This document shows, one piece after another, positions 21,701 to 31,426 of a DNA stretch of 64,000 nt. Position 1 is the stretch's first letter. Every line of letters starts with the position of its first letter. Where the stretch lies: positions 43,883-107,882 of the forward strand of contig CAWKLR010000026.1 of the NCBI GenBank assembly GCA_963850485.1, read 5' to 3'. This stretch comes from an uncultured Actinomycetes bacterium (GTDB taxonomy: Bacteria; Actinomycetota; Thermoleophilia; Gaiellales; Gaiellaceae). A model generated the notes under the pieces. It was not told where the DNA came from. It did not search any database and worked only from the letters and a program-made list of their open reading frames with translations. The position numbers and the translations under genes were made by a program.

Positions 21701-22147
21701 ATGCGTCGTGCCGCTCTCGTACTCGCCGCGCTCATGCTCGTGCTCGCCGCAGGCATCGCCGCGGGGTGCGGCGGCGAAGAGGAGGCGACTCCCACGCCGG
21801 ACACGATCACGGGCACCCTCACCACAGACACGACCGAGACGGAAACGACCGAGACCGGCACGGATACCACCGAGACGACCGAGGACACGGATACCGAGCC
21901 GGCTCCCGCCGGCGACCCGGCTGCAGGCAAGGAGGTCTTCCTCGGCGTCGGCGGTTGCGGCTCCTGCCATACCTTTGCGGATGCGGGTACCTCTGGTTCG
22001 ATCGGGCCGAATCTCGACGACGCAGCGCCGAGCCTGGATCTCGCTCTCGACCGGATCACGAACGGACAGGGCGCAATGCCCTCGTTCTCGGATCAGCTCA
22101 CGGATCAACAGATCGCCGACGTCGCAGCGTACGTATCCGGCGCCTGA
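21701..22147 (+). CDS. lipoprotein c-type cytochrome with Thr/Glu-rich linker
   Basis: MRRAALVLAALMLVLAAGIAAGCGG (lipobox), TTDTTETETTETGTDTTETTEDTDTE linker, CGSCH heme motif, and ...GAMPSF (Met ligand region). Confidence 0.8.
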   Translation: MRRAALVLAALMLVLAAGIAAGCGGEEEATPTPDTITGTLTTDTTETETTETGTDTTETTEDTDTEPAPAGDPAAGKEVFLGVGGCGSCHTFADAGTSGSIGPNLDDAAPSLDLALDRITNGQGAMPSFSDQLTDQQIADVAAYVSGA

Positions 22148-22180
22148 GTCTCGCGCGCGGGCGCCGCTTAGACTTCCTCT

Positions 22181-23380
22181 GTGATCGACCTCAAGGCCGC
22201 GCGCTCGGACGCCGATCGCTGGCGGGCTGCGCTCGCGCGCAAGGGCGCCGCGGACGCTTTCGACGCGCTGCTCGGAGCCGACGAGCGCTGGCGTGCCCTC
22301 ATCCCCCAGGTCGACGAGTTGCGGACGCGGACGAACCTCAAGGGAAAGCCGACTCCCGACGAGCTCGAGCAGGTGAAGGCGGCGAAAGAGGATCTCCGGC
22401 GGCTGGAGAGCGAGCTGGCCGACACGGGGTCCGAGCGCGACCGCCTCGGCCTTCTCGTCCCGAACCCTCCCCACGACTCGGTCCCGGAGGGCGCCACCGA
22501 GGACGATGCTCTCGAGATTCGCCGCGTCGGCGAGGCGCCGAACATGGTCGGCGCAAAGGATCACACGGAGATCGGGCGCTTCGACATGGACCGCGCCGCT
22601 CGTATCGCCGGATCTCGCTTCGGCTACTGGATCGGCGACGCCGCCCTTCTCGCGCTCGCCATGTACCGCCTCGCACTCGATCGGCTCGTCGCGAAGGGGT
22701 TCGTACCGGTTCTGCCTCCCGTTCTCGTCCGCGAGGAGGCTCTGGTCGGCACGGGCTGGCTCCCGTCGGACGACCCCAACGTCTACGCGGTCGAAGGGGA
22801 AGACCTCTATCTCGCAGGCACGGCCGAGATTCCCGTCGGCGGTCTCCATCTCGGCGAGCTCCTGCAAGCGGACGACCTCCCGCTGCGCTACGTCGGCTTC
22901 TCACCCTGCTTCCGCAGCGAGGCCGGAGCCGCGGGGAGGGATACACGGGGCATGTTCCGCGTCCACCAGTTCAACAAGGTCGAGCAGTTCGCGTTCACGC
23001 GTCCGGACGAGTCCTGGGACGAGCATGAGCGGCTCCTCGCGAATACCGAGGAGATCGTGGCCGAGCTCGGGGTCCCGTACCGGGTCGTCGTGCTCCCGAC
23101 CGGCGACATGTCGAAGGCGTCCGCGAAGACCTACGACGTCGAGATCTGGTTCCCCTCGCAGGATCGCTACCGCGAGACGGCGTCGATCTCGAACACGACC
23201 GACTTCCAGGCGCGCAGGCTCGGTACCCGCTTCCGCGGCGAGCACGGCCCGGAGCCCGTGCACACGCTCAATGGGACCGCCGTCGTCGATCGCATGGCCC
23301 TGGCGATCCTCGAGAACTTCCAGGGCGGCGTCCCGGACGTGCTGCAGAGCTACGGCGCACCCGCCGAGATCCGCTCCTAG
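22181..23380 (+). CDS. serS: serine--tRNA ligase
   Basis: Intact 399 aa. Coiled-coil N-arm, then class II motifs (FSPCFRSEAGAAGRDTRGMFRVHQFNKVE, TLNGTAV). Confidence 0.95.
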   Translation: MIDLKAARSDADRWRAALARKGAADAFDALLGADERWRALIPQVDELRTRTNLKGKPTPDELEQVKAAKEDLRRLESELADTGSERDRLGLLVPNPPHDSVPEGATEDDALEIRRVGEAPNMVGAKDHTEIGRFDMDRAARIAGSRFGYWIGDAALLALAMYRLALDRLVAKGFVPVLPPVLVREEALVGTGWLPSDDPNVYAVEGEDLYLAGTAEIPVGGLHLGELLQADDLPLRYVGFSPCFRSEAGAAGRDTRGMFRVHQFNKVEQFAFTRPDESWDEHERLLANTEEIVAELGVPYRVVVLPTGDMSKASAKTYDVEIWFPSQDRYRETASISNTTDFQARRLGTRFRGEHGPEPVHTLNGTAVVDRMALAILENFQGGVPDVLQSYGAPAEIRS

Positions 23381-23407
23381 TCGCTCGGCTCGTTCACAAT
23401 GCCCCTC

Positions 23408-23494
23408 GGTGGGGTGCCGGAGCGGTCGAACGGGGCGGTCTTGAAAACCGTTGGGCGTGCAAGCGCCTCGTGGGTTCGAATCCCACCCCCACCG
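23408..23494 (+). tRNA. tRNA-Ser (anticodon TGA)
   Basis: GGTGGGG acceptor pairs with CCCCACC. Anticodon loop CTTGAAA, long variable arm, T-loop GTGGGTTCGAATCCCAC. Lies 27 nt after serS. Confidence 0.95.
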
Positions 23495-23514
23495 TTATCA
23501 AAACACCCCACTAC

Positions 23515-23534
23515 TGATTACACTTGATTACACT
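23515..23534 (+). repeat. tandem 10-bp repeat TGATTACACT x2 (possible arm-type site)
   Basis: Read directly, in the AT-richer segment just inside the left att repeat. Confidence 0.35.
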
Positions 23535-23705
23535 TTTTCGCACGCCTGGCAAAGAAATACCTGCAAAACAACACTTTCTGTGCTTTGAGCAGTTGGCAAC
23601 TGCTTACGTGTACCACCGACGCCTGCCTGAGAGCACGGCTCGAAGGTGACCGCATCGACCATCAACACTCGCTGAATTCAGGCATGATCTGCTTGACAAG
23701 CTAAA

Positions 23706-24939
23706 ATGGGGCGGCACCGCGCGAACGGCCCGCCCCCGGCACAGGAGGCGGAGCTCCCATGCGTCAACACCGTACCCACGCAAGGGATCCACGATCGGCA
23801 CTCGCGCGCGTGCGCGACGACACGCGGCGGCCGTTGTGACTGCCATGAAGCGGCGGGGCAGAGTCACAAGATCCGACGCATCGTCGCCACCCTGATCGAG
23901 AGTCGGAGACGCGACTCCGGAGGCGAGACTCGCGGCGGCAACCGTCGCACTGCCCCGAACGCGACGCTGCGTGAGGCATGGACGGTCTGGCTCGACGGAG
24001 CGAAGGCCGGCACGATCCGCACCCGCTCAGGCGATCCATACAAGCCCTCTGCGCTGCGGTCGTATGACCTCGGGATGGAGGCACGCGTCCTGCCAGTGCT
24101 CGAAGGCGTGAAGGTGTCCGACCTCGAGCTTCGCGACCTCCAAGACCTGGCCGATCAGCTCCTCGCCGACGGCCACGATCCCTCAACGATCCGAAACACG
24201 TTCATGGGTGTCAGAGCCCTCTACCGACGCGCCGTCGCACGCGGGGAGGTTGCGGTGAACCCGACTGCCGGATTACAGCTTCCAGCGGTTCGTGGCAGAC
24301 GTGACCGCATCGCGTCAGTGAACGAGGCCGACAAGTTGCTCGCCGCGCTGCCCGCTGGTGATCGAGCACTGTGGTCGACGGCGTTCTTCGCAGGACTACG
24401 ACGCGGCGAATTGATGGCACTCGACGTGAATCACGTGTTCGACGACGAACGGCGTCGCCAGCACGATCGCGGTCGAGCGATCGTACGACCCGGTAGCCGG
24501 CCAGTACATCAGTCCAAAGAGTCATGCGGGAACACGCCGCGTCCCGGTGACGCAGGAACTCCGCGGCCACCTAGCAGCGCACCAGAAGCGGCTAGGCAGA
24601 GGCACGGGACTTCTCTTCGGTCGCACAGCAACGAGGCCATTCGACGACCGCGCCCTGAAGATACGAGCGGAGAAGGCTTGGGACGCGGCCGGACTGACGT
24701 CAATCACGCTTCATGAAGCCCGACACACATACGCAAGCCTTCTCATCGCCGCGGGGGTCAGCTCGAAGGCAGTAAGCACGTACATGGGCCATGCGTCCAT
24801 CACGATCACGCTCGACCGCTACGGCCATTTGTTCCCCGGCAACGAGGCTGAGGCCGCCGACCTGCTCGACGCATACATCGCTCGAGAGCGGGAGACATCC
24901 GGTTCGTCCGCGTCACACAAGTCGCAAATTCAGCTGTGA
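23706..24939 (+). CDS. tyrosine recombinase / phage-type integrase, frame broken near 24445-24455
   Basis: ORF 23706..24716 (core-binding region, LRRGELMAL) and ORF 24547..24939 (HEARHTYASLLIAAGVSSKAVSTYMGHASITITLDRYGHL: HxxR, H, catalytic Y). The bridging read GVASTIAVERSYDPVAGQYISPKSHAGTRRVPV is in the second frame. Confidence 0.85.
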
Positions 24940-25017
24940 TCCCGGCATGCCGGACACTACTGTGATGCAGCGCATGGAGACGCACGCGACAGGCGTGGGG
25001 AGTACGGGGAGCCGTGG

Positions 25018-25082
25018 ACGGGCGGTCTTGAAAACCGTTGGGCGTGCAAAGCGCCTCGTGGGTTCGAATCCCACCCCCACCG
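25018..25082 (+). repeat. attR-like partial copy of the tRNA-Ser(TGA) 3' portion
   Basis: ACGGGCGGTCTTGAAAACCGTTGGGCGTGCAAAGCGCCTCGTGGGTTCGAATCCCACCCCCACCG. Lacks a matching 5' acceptor/D-arm, so it is not a functional tRNA. Confidence 0.75.
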
Positions 25083-25108
25083 CTACATCGCGAAGTCTCG
25101 GAGCTGGC

Positions 25109-26534
25109 TCAGTACGCCGAGCGAATGCGGGCCAGCGCGGGGAGGGTGAGCATGATCAGCCGCACGTCCTCGCGCAGCGACCAGTTGGTCACGTACAGGT
25201 AGTCGAGCTTCGTCATCTCGTCGAACGGGATGTCGCTCGCTCCCAGCACCTGCCACAAACCGGTCATGCCCGGCTTCAGGTCGAGGCGCTTCCGCGCCCA
25301 CGCTTCGACGTGTTGATCCTCGTCGAGGATGAGCGGCCGGGGGCCTACGATCGACATCTCGCCGCGGATGACATTGATCAGCTGCGGAAGCTCGTCGATG
25401 CGCCAGCGGCGCAGAAAGCCGCCGACACGCGTGACTCGCGGGTCGTCGGGAATCTTGAACATCCTCGGGTCTTCGTCGCGGTGCATGTTCATGTGCGCGA
25501 CGTCGGCCTTTCTCGACTCGGCGTCGTGCACCATCGTCCGGAACTTGAGGACATGGAACGTGCGCCCCTGGGCGCCCATGCGCACCTGCCGGAAGAGGAT
25601 CGGACCGCGGGAGTCGATCGCGATGAAGATCGACGCGATGAGCAGGAGCGGGGAGAGGAGGACGAGGCCCGCCGCCGCGCCGAGGAAGTCGAAGGAACGC
25701 TTGAGGAATCGCTCGGAGTCGGAGAGTTGCGGAATGGGCAGGCCTACCAACGGGATTCCTTCGATCGTGTGCAGCTGTGCGTTCGTGCCCAGCACCTCGA
25801 ACATGCGCGGAACGATGTCGATCTGAACGTCGCTGTCCTGCATCGAGCGAATCACCGCGAGCGTCTGCTCGTGCGAGTCCGTCGAGAACGCGATTGCGAC
25901 GCGGTGCACCGAGTGCGCCTTGACGAGCGCGGGTAGTTCGCCGGTCGATCCGAGGAGGTCGAGCGGTTGATCTCCGTTCGGCGAAGCGCGGCCATCGCGG
26001 TCGACGAAGCCGACGATCTTCAGTCCGTACTCGGGATGGTTCCCGATCTTGTTGGCCAGCAGGCGCGCGACCTGACCCGACCCGACGATGATGACGTTCT
26101 GGATGTACGCGGCGTTCCGGCGTCCCATGACTCGCGCGATCGCCCGGAGCAGCGGAACGAGCAGGATCGCGATCGCCCAGAAGACGACGAGGCGCGTGAG
26201 GTTCGGATGAGGCAGGCCGATGATCTCCGTGACCGCCACGAACCCCCAGGTGCCGATGGAGACCACCTGCAGGACGCCGAAGATGTCGTCGACGGTCGAG
26301 TGGTCGGTTCGCTCCTCGTCTCGATCGTAGAGGCCGTGCATGCGTGCGATGAGCACCCAGAGGGGGAGGCTCGCGATGAAGAGTGCGATCTCCCAGCGAG
26401 TGTTGACCTGATCGACCGCGGGATTCGGGCGAGACCAGCGCCAGAGCGAGCAGAAACGCGGACAAAAGCCCGACAAGATCGGCGATGAGCAGCAGCCGGC
26501 GCATGAGCCAGCCACGGCGCCGCAAGGCCGGCAT
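25109..26534 (-). CDS. polyprenyl-phosphate hexose-1-phosphate transferase (WbaP/exopolysaccharide priming type), frame broken near 26400-26430
   Basis: ORF 25109..26584(-) has the central NAD/CoA-binding-like domain (IIVGSGQVARLL) and the C-terminal sugar-transferase domain (FKFRTM, DELPQLINVIRGEMSIVGPRP). The N-terminal TM (MPALRRRGWLMRRLLLIADLVGLLSAFLLALALV) is in the frame of ORF 25083..26705. Confidence 0.85.
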
Positions 26535-26802
26535 GGCAGCCTCGACCTCCGGAATGATCGCGCGATCACTGGTTGCGACGACAAGGCCGTCGCGAGATGC
26601 TGCCCCCAATTGAATCCTCCCCTTCACGCGCGGCTCCCCGCCATGCGTTTTCCACCCAGTTCCCCTGGCTGAAATAGAGGATACTCGCACTCCCGCTGGC
26701 GTCAACGAAAACCGTGAAATCCCGTACCTTCGTCCAGCTCCGAAACCAGAATGCGACGAGAACGTTTCGTCTCTCGCTGATCCGGTGCGTACACGCGCCG
26801 CC

Positions 26803-27474
26803 TCAGTACGTCAACCCCTCGCCACGGGCGAGCACCTTCACGGTTCGCCAGAGGATCCCGAGGTCGTACCGCGCGAGCTCGAGACCGCTCCACCTCCGGC
26901 TCGCCTCGACGTACGCCAGATCGAGCCTCGTGTAGCCGGCGGGCTCGATGATGCCCTTCTGCACCTGAACCGGCCCGGTCCAGCCCGGCAGCACGTGGTG
27001 TCGGTAGTCGAGCCCCGCCGCGACCTGGTCTCGCACCATCGACGGTGGCCAGGGCCGCGGGCCGACCAGGCTCATGTCTCCGCGGAGGACGTTGAAGAGC
27101 TGCGGGAGCTCGTCGAGGTACCACGGCTTGAGGATCCGTCGCCCGGCCCAGGTCAAGTTGTCGTGGTCGTTCTCGAGCAGCCGGGCATGTGCCTCCCCGT
27201 GGCGCTGCCGCTCGAGCGCCGCGCGCCGGAGCGTCCGGAACTTGAGGAGGTCGAACTCGCGGCCGCGCGAGACGCGGCGCTCCCTATACAGCCAGGCTCC
27301 GCGGTCACGTGGGACGAGCATGCCGTCGATCCCGATCGCGATGTACGCGACGACGAAGACCGGGCTGAACGCGACGAGGAGAAGGCTCGAGATCCCCTTG
27401 TCGGTGACCTTCTTCGCCAGGGGATAGCGCACTGCATGCGGGTTCACGAGGTCACGGTTCTCGGATCCGAGCAT
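26803..27474 (-). CDS. small bacterial sugar transferase (PglC/WcaJ C-domain type)
   Basis: ...SSLLLVAFSPVFVVAYIAI...LLKFRTL...DELPQLFNVLRGDMSLVGPRPWP. The start was chosen at Met 27474 and is uncertain. Confidence 0.8.
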   Translation of the reverse strand: MLGSENRDLVNPHAVRYPLAKKVTDKGISSLLLVAFSPVFVVAYIAIGIDGMLVPRDRGAWLYRERRVSRGREFDLLKFRTLRRAALERQRHGEAHARLLENDHDNLTWAGRRILKPWYLDELPQLFNVLRGDMSLVGPRPWPPSMVRDQVAAGLDYRHHVLPGWTGPVQVQKGIIEPAGYTRLDLAYVEASRRWSGLELARYDLGILWRTVKVLARGEGLTY

Positions 27475-27985
27475 GTCACCTGCAGTCTCTAGTGTGAGAA
27501 GCGTGGCTGCCGGAGTCGAGACCGAGGACCTGCGCACCCTCCTCGGCCGGTTGCCGGCCGGCGCCTCCATCCTGACCGTGGCGGCCGGGGAGCAGAAGCT
27601 CGGGCTGACCGTCGGGTCGCTCGTCTCGCTCTCGCTTGACCCTCCGCTGATCGGATTCGCGATCTCGCGGGAGGCGGCGATGCACGAGCTCCTCCGCGAG
27701 GCGGGCGGCTGCGCGCTGTCCCTGCTCGCCGCCGGTCAGGAGTGGCTGGCGCAGCACTTCGCGCGTGGCGTGCCGCCGATCGCGATGTGGCACGCAATCG
27801 CGACGTCGGAGGGCGCGAACGGCGCACCGCTCATCGTCGGAGCGCTCGGCTGGCTGGAGTGCGAGATCCGAGAGCAGGTGAGCGCAGGAACGCACACGTT
27901 CTTCGTCTGCGACGTCCACCGTGTCGAGCTCGGGGTCGAAGCCGCGGCCCTCGTTCGTGTTCGCGGCGAATACTCGAGCGCGTGA
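27473..27985 (+). CDS. flavin reductase-like FMN-binding protein
   Basis: ...ASILTVAAGEQKLGLTVGSLVSLSLDPPLIGFAI...THTFFVCDV. The true start is possibly a downstream GTG. Confidence 0.75.
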   Translation: MSPAVSSVRSVAAGVETEDLRTLLGRLPAGASILTVAAGEQKLGLTVGSLVSLSLDPPLIGFAISREAAMHELLREAGGCALSLLAAGQEWLAQHFARGVPPIAMWHAIATSEGANGAPLIVGALGWLECEIREQVSAGTHTFFVCDVHRVELGVEAAALVRVRGEYSSA

Positions 27986-28643
27986 GCGTCGTCGAAGCGG
28001 TGGTCTTCGATCTGGACGGTGTCCTGATCGACTCCGAGCAGGTATGGGACGAGGTCCGCGAGCAGCTCGCCCACGAGCGTGGCGGTCGCTGGCACGCGCG
28101 AGCGCAGGCCGACATGATGGGCATGAGCTCGAGGGAGTGGTCGCGCTACCTCCACGACGTCATCGGGCTCGCGGACCCGCCCGAAGAGCTCAACGCCGAG
28201 GTCGTGCGGCGCATGCATGCGCGCTACGCACGGCACCTGCCGCTCATCGACGGCGCCGTTGAGGCATGCGATGAGGCTCGCGGAGGTGTTCCGGCTCGCG
28301 CTTGCATCGTCGTCCAACCGGCCGTTGATCGACGTGGTGCTCGCGAGCGCGGGCCTGGACGCGCTGTTCGAGGCGACCGTCTCGTCCGAAGAGGTGGAAC
28401 GCGGAAAGCCCGCTCCGGACGTCTTTCTCGAGGCTGCGCGACGACTTGACGTCGAGCCCGTGCGGTGTGCGGCGATCGAGGACTCGGCGAACGGGATCCG
28501 CTCGGCCCACGCCGCCGAGATGCGCGTCCTCGCCATTCCGAACCGGCACTACCCACCCTCTGCCGACGCGCTTGCGCTCGCCGATGTGGTGCTCGATTCG
28601 CTCGCGGACCTGACGCCCGCGGTCGTGGCCGGAGAGAGCCTAG
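27982..28643 (+). CDS. HAD-superfamily hydrolase (beta-phosphoglucomutase-like), frame broken near 28262-28270 and stop not in frame
   Basis: VVFDLDGVLIDSE (motif I) in ORF 27742..28449. ...LALASSSNR..., GKPAPDVF and AIEDSANGIRSAHAAEM (motifs II-IV) in ORF 28217..29221. That ORF then runs antisense through fabF, while a TAG at 28641 sits in another frame. Confidence 0.7.
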
Positions 28644-29866
28644 ACGCGGCCGACGAGAACGCAGGCGTTGTGCCCGCCGAGACCCATCGCGTTCGAGAGC
28701 GCGACGTCGACGTGCACGCTGCGCGCCTCGTTCGGCACGTAGTCGAGGTCGCACTCGGGGTCGGGCGTGCGGTAGTTGATGGTCGGGGGAAGCACGCCCT
28801 CGTGCACGGCGCGGACGCACATCATCGCCTCGACCGCCCCGGCCGCGCCGAACAGGTGGCCGAGCACCGACTTCGTCGAGGAGACGGCCAGCTCGTACGC
28901 GTGCCCGCCGAAGACCTCCTTGATCGCCTTCGTCTCCGCGAGATCGCCCTGCGGCGTCGACGTTCCGTGCGCGTTGATGTAGCCGACCCGCTCGGGCGCT
29001 ACGCCGGCGCGGGTCAGCGCAGCCCGCATCATCTCGGAGACGCCGACCGATGCGGGGTCGGGCTGAGCCATGTGGTGGGCGTCGTTCGAGGTCCCGTACC
29101 CGAGCACCTCCGCGTACATCCGCGCGCCTCGCGCCTCGGCGCGCTCGAAGTCCTCGAGCAGGAGGACGCACGCGCCCTCCCCCATGACGAACCCTGCGCG
29201 GGTGGCGTCGAACGGCCGTGATGCGCGCGTCGGATCGTCCTCCTCGGCGACGAGCCCGCGCATCGCCGTGAAGCCGGCGAGGATCACGGGATGCATGCAG
29301 GACTCGGTGCCGCCCGCCAGGACGACGTCGGCGTCACCGCGGCGGATCAGCTCGGCGCCCTCGCCGACCGCGTGTGACCCGGTCGCACACGCCGAGACCG
29401 GAGCGTAGTTCGGGCCACGCACTCCGAGATCGATGGCGATCTGGCCGCTCGCCGAGTCGACGAGCACGTTGGGAAGGAACCACGGCGACACACGCGTGTA
29501 TCCGCGCTCCTTGAGCACTTCGTTCTGCGCGAGCACGCCCATGACTCCCCCGATCGCGGAGCCCACGAGAATGCCGGCCCGGGCAGGGTCCACCCCGTCG
29601 ACGCCCGCATCGCCCCACGCTTCCCGCGCGGCCGCGACCGCCAGCACGACGTTCCGCTCGAGCCGGCGTGCGTCCTTGGGCCCGACGACCGCCTCCGGCT
29701 CGAAGTCCTTCACCTCGGAGGCGATGCGAACCGGATAGCCGGTCGCGTCGAAGGCGCGGATCCAGTCGACGCCGCTCTTCCCGGCGACCGCCGCCTCCCA
29801 CGTCGAACGCGCATCGTGCCCGAGCGGGGTCACCGCTCCGAGTCCCGTGACGACGACGCGGCGCAT
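28640..29866 (-). CDS. fabF: beta-ketoacyl-ACP synthase II
   Basis: Intact 408 aa. Active-site ACATGSHA, HGTSTP and GHLFGAAG motifs. Confidence 0.95.
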   Translation of the reverse strand: MRRVVVTGLGAVTPLGHDARSTWEAAVAGKSGVDWIRAFDATGYPVRIASEVKDFEPEAVVGPKDARRLERNVVLAVAAAREAWGDAGVDGVDPARAGILVGSAIGGVMGVLAQNEVLKERGYTRVSPWFLPNVLVDSASGQIAIDLGVRGPNYAPVSACATGSHAVGEGAELIRRGDADVVLAGGTESCMHPVILAGFTAMRGLVAEEDDPTRASRPFDATRAGFVMGEGACVLLLEDFERAEARGARMYAEVLGYGTSNDAHHMAQPDPASVGVSEMMRAALTRAGVAPERVGYINAHGTSTPQGDLAETKAIKEVFGGHAYELAVSSTKSVLGHLFGAAGAVEAMMCVRAVHEGVLPPTINYRTPDPECDLDYVPNEARSVHVDVALSNAMGLGGHNACVLVGRV

Positions 29867-29893
29867 CAGGCGAGAGCGTAGTAGCTTGGCATC

Positions 29894-30958
29894 GTGCCGC
29901 GCACGCGTCGCCGACTCCCAAGCCGTGAGCCCGTCGAGCGGCCGGACGATCTCGACGCCTCGATCCCCTTCCCGCCGATGGAGGCGGAGCTCGTTCGCGA
30001 GCTGCCCGACGCCGACGGCTGGCAGTACGAGCCGAAATGGGACGGTTTCCGTGGAATCCTCGAGAACGCATCGGGTGAGCTTCGTCTGTGGTCCCGAAAC
30101 GCGCGGCCGCTCCTCCGCTACTTCCCCGAGCTACGGCCGCTCGAGAAGCTGCTGCCCGAGCGCTCGGCGCTCGACGGCGAGATCGTGATCGAGCGGGACG
30201 GCGTCCTCGACTTCGACGCGATGCAGACTCGTTTGCACCCCGCGGAGTCGCGGATCAACAGGCTCTCCGGAGAGATCCCCGCGCGCTTCGTGGCCTTCGA
30301 CATCCTCGTCTGGAAAGGGGAAGAGGCATGGCGCGAGCCGCTCGAGAAGCGAAGGAAAGCGCTCGAACGGAAGGCAAAGCGCTTCGGCCTCTCCCCCGCC
30401 TCGCGCGACCGCGACGAGGCGCTCGCCTGGCTCGACCGCTTCGAGGCGATCGGTCTCGACGGCGTCGTAGCGAAGCGCATCGACGCTCCCTATCTCCCGG
30501 GCTCGCGCGACGGCGTCGTCAAGGTCAAGCCCGAGAAGACCGCCGACTGCGTGGTCGTCGGCCTGCGCTGGAAGTCGCGACCCGATCGGATCGCAACGCT
30601 CCTGCTCGGGCTCTACGACGCGAAGGGCGGAATCGACTACGTGGGCTCGGCTGCGGTCGCCGCGACGAAGCACACGGAGATCGCCGAACGCGTGCTGCCC
30701 GCTCCTCGAAGGACGCACCCGAGCGCCGCTTCTCCGAGCCGAACCGCTGGGGCGGCGGCGAGCTGGAGGAGTCGCCGCTTGCGGCCGGAGCTCGTCGTCG
30801 AGGTGCGCTACGACAAGGTGCAGTCGAACCGCTTCCGCCACGGCACGAAGCTCATCCGCTTCCGCGACGACAAGGATCCCGCGCAATGCACCTGGCGCGA
30901 GCTTCGCCCCGCTCGCAAGCGGGGCGTGACGGTGGCGTCGTTCCTCGGCACGGACTGA
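29894..30958 (+). CDS. ATP-dependent DNA ligase (LigC-like), apparent compensated double frameshift ~30700-30790
   Basis: YEPKWDGFR adenylation motif and EGVVAK-like DGVVAKR. ...PELVVEVRYDKVQSNRFRHGTKLIRFRDDKDP. The expected ...PERRFSEPNRWGGGELEESPL segment is readable only in the frame of ORF 30088..31047. Confidence 0.8.
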   Translation: MPRTRRRLPSREPVERPDDLDASIPFPPMEAELVRELPDADGWQYEPKWDGFRGILENASGELRLWSRNARPLLRYFPELRPLEKLLPERSALDGEIVIERDGVLDFDAMQTRLHPAESRINRLSGEIPARFVAFDILVWKGEEAWREPLEKRRKALERKAKRFGLSPASRDRDEALAWLDRFEAIGLDGVVAKRIDAPYLPGSRDGVVKVKPEKTADCVVVGLRWKSRPDRIATLLLGLYDAKGGIDYVGSAAVAATKHTEIAERVLPAPRRTHPSAASPSRTAGAAASWRSRRLRPELVVEVRYDKVQSNRFRHGTKLIRFRDDKDPAQCTWRELRPARKRGVTVASFLGTD

Positions 30959-30959
30959 G

Positions 30960-31420
30960 TCAGCGAAGTCGCTTGCCGAAACGAGCGACACGGAGTCCAG
31001 GCACCACCTCCACCTCGTCGGTCTGCTCGAAGCCCTCTCGGAGATAGAGGGCCTTGGCCGGCTCGTTGTCGGCGCCGGTCTGGACGATCGCACGCCGCGC
31101 CGCCGGCTCGCTCGCGAGAACCGCTCGAACGAGGGTGGCGCCGATCCCGCCGTCGAAAGTGCGCGGGATCGACCGCCAGTCGATGGACGTCGAGCGTGTC
31201 GCCGAGCAGGCGATACGACAGAGCGCCGACGATGCGGCCGTCGACGAGAACGGCGAGGAACGTCTCGTTCGCGCTCTGCAGCGTCTTCCAGCGTCTCCGT
31301 CAACGGGGGGATCTCCCGCGAGCCGATCAGCGCCGCCTCCACCTCGTAGGCGCGACGCTGGAGCTCGAGGAGCTCGGTCGCGATCTCGGCGTCCGAGTGA
31401 TCGACGTGGACGACGTCCAT
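30960..31420 (-). CDS. GNAT-family N-acetyltransferase, frame broken twice (~31285 and ~31165)
   Basis: Three-frame reconstruction: MDVVHVDHSDAEIATELLELQRRAYEVEAALIG... / ANETFLAVLVDGRIVGALSYRLLGDTLDVHRLAVDPAHFRR / GIGATLVRAVL...ADNEPAKALYLREGFE. Confidence 0.65.
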
Positions 31421-31426
31421 GGCAGC

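Larger units (their letters stand above)
23430..25082 (+). mobile_element. integrase-only genomic islet inserted at tRNA-Ser(TGA), bounded by ~65-bp direct repeats
   Basis: The 3' part of the tRNA (23430..23494) is repeated at 25018..25082, differing only by two single-base indels. A lower-GC segment and one tyrosine recombinase gene lie between. Confidence 0.65.

Noticed and set aside
21050-23028. ORFs 21050..22867(-) and 21766..23028(+), 605 and 420 aa
   Set aside because: They overlap HdeD-like, cytochrome c and serS, whose frames carry clear motifs. Their composition is Arg/Gly/Pro junk.
25018-25082. A second functional tRNA-Ser(TGA) gene
   Set aside because: Only the anticodon-stem-to-3'-end portion is present. 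The upstream sequence cannot form the acceptor or D stems.
27472-27475. Divergent sugar transferase and flavin reductase sharing a CATG so that both start codons overlap
   Set aside because: Most likely one or both starts are miscalled, since alternative in-frame GTGs exist downstream. Not treated as a real regulatory oddity.
28644-29221. Extension of the HAD ORF 28217..29221 beyond ~28643
   Set aside because: Antisense to intact fabF. HAD family proteins end shortly after motif IV, and a TAG is present at 28641 in a neighbouring frame.
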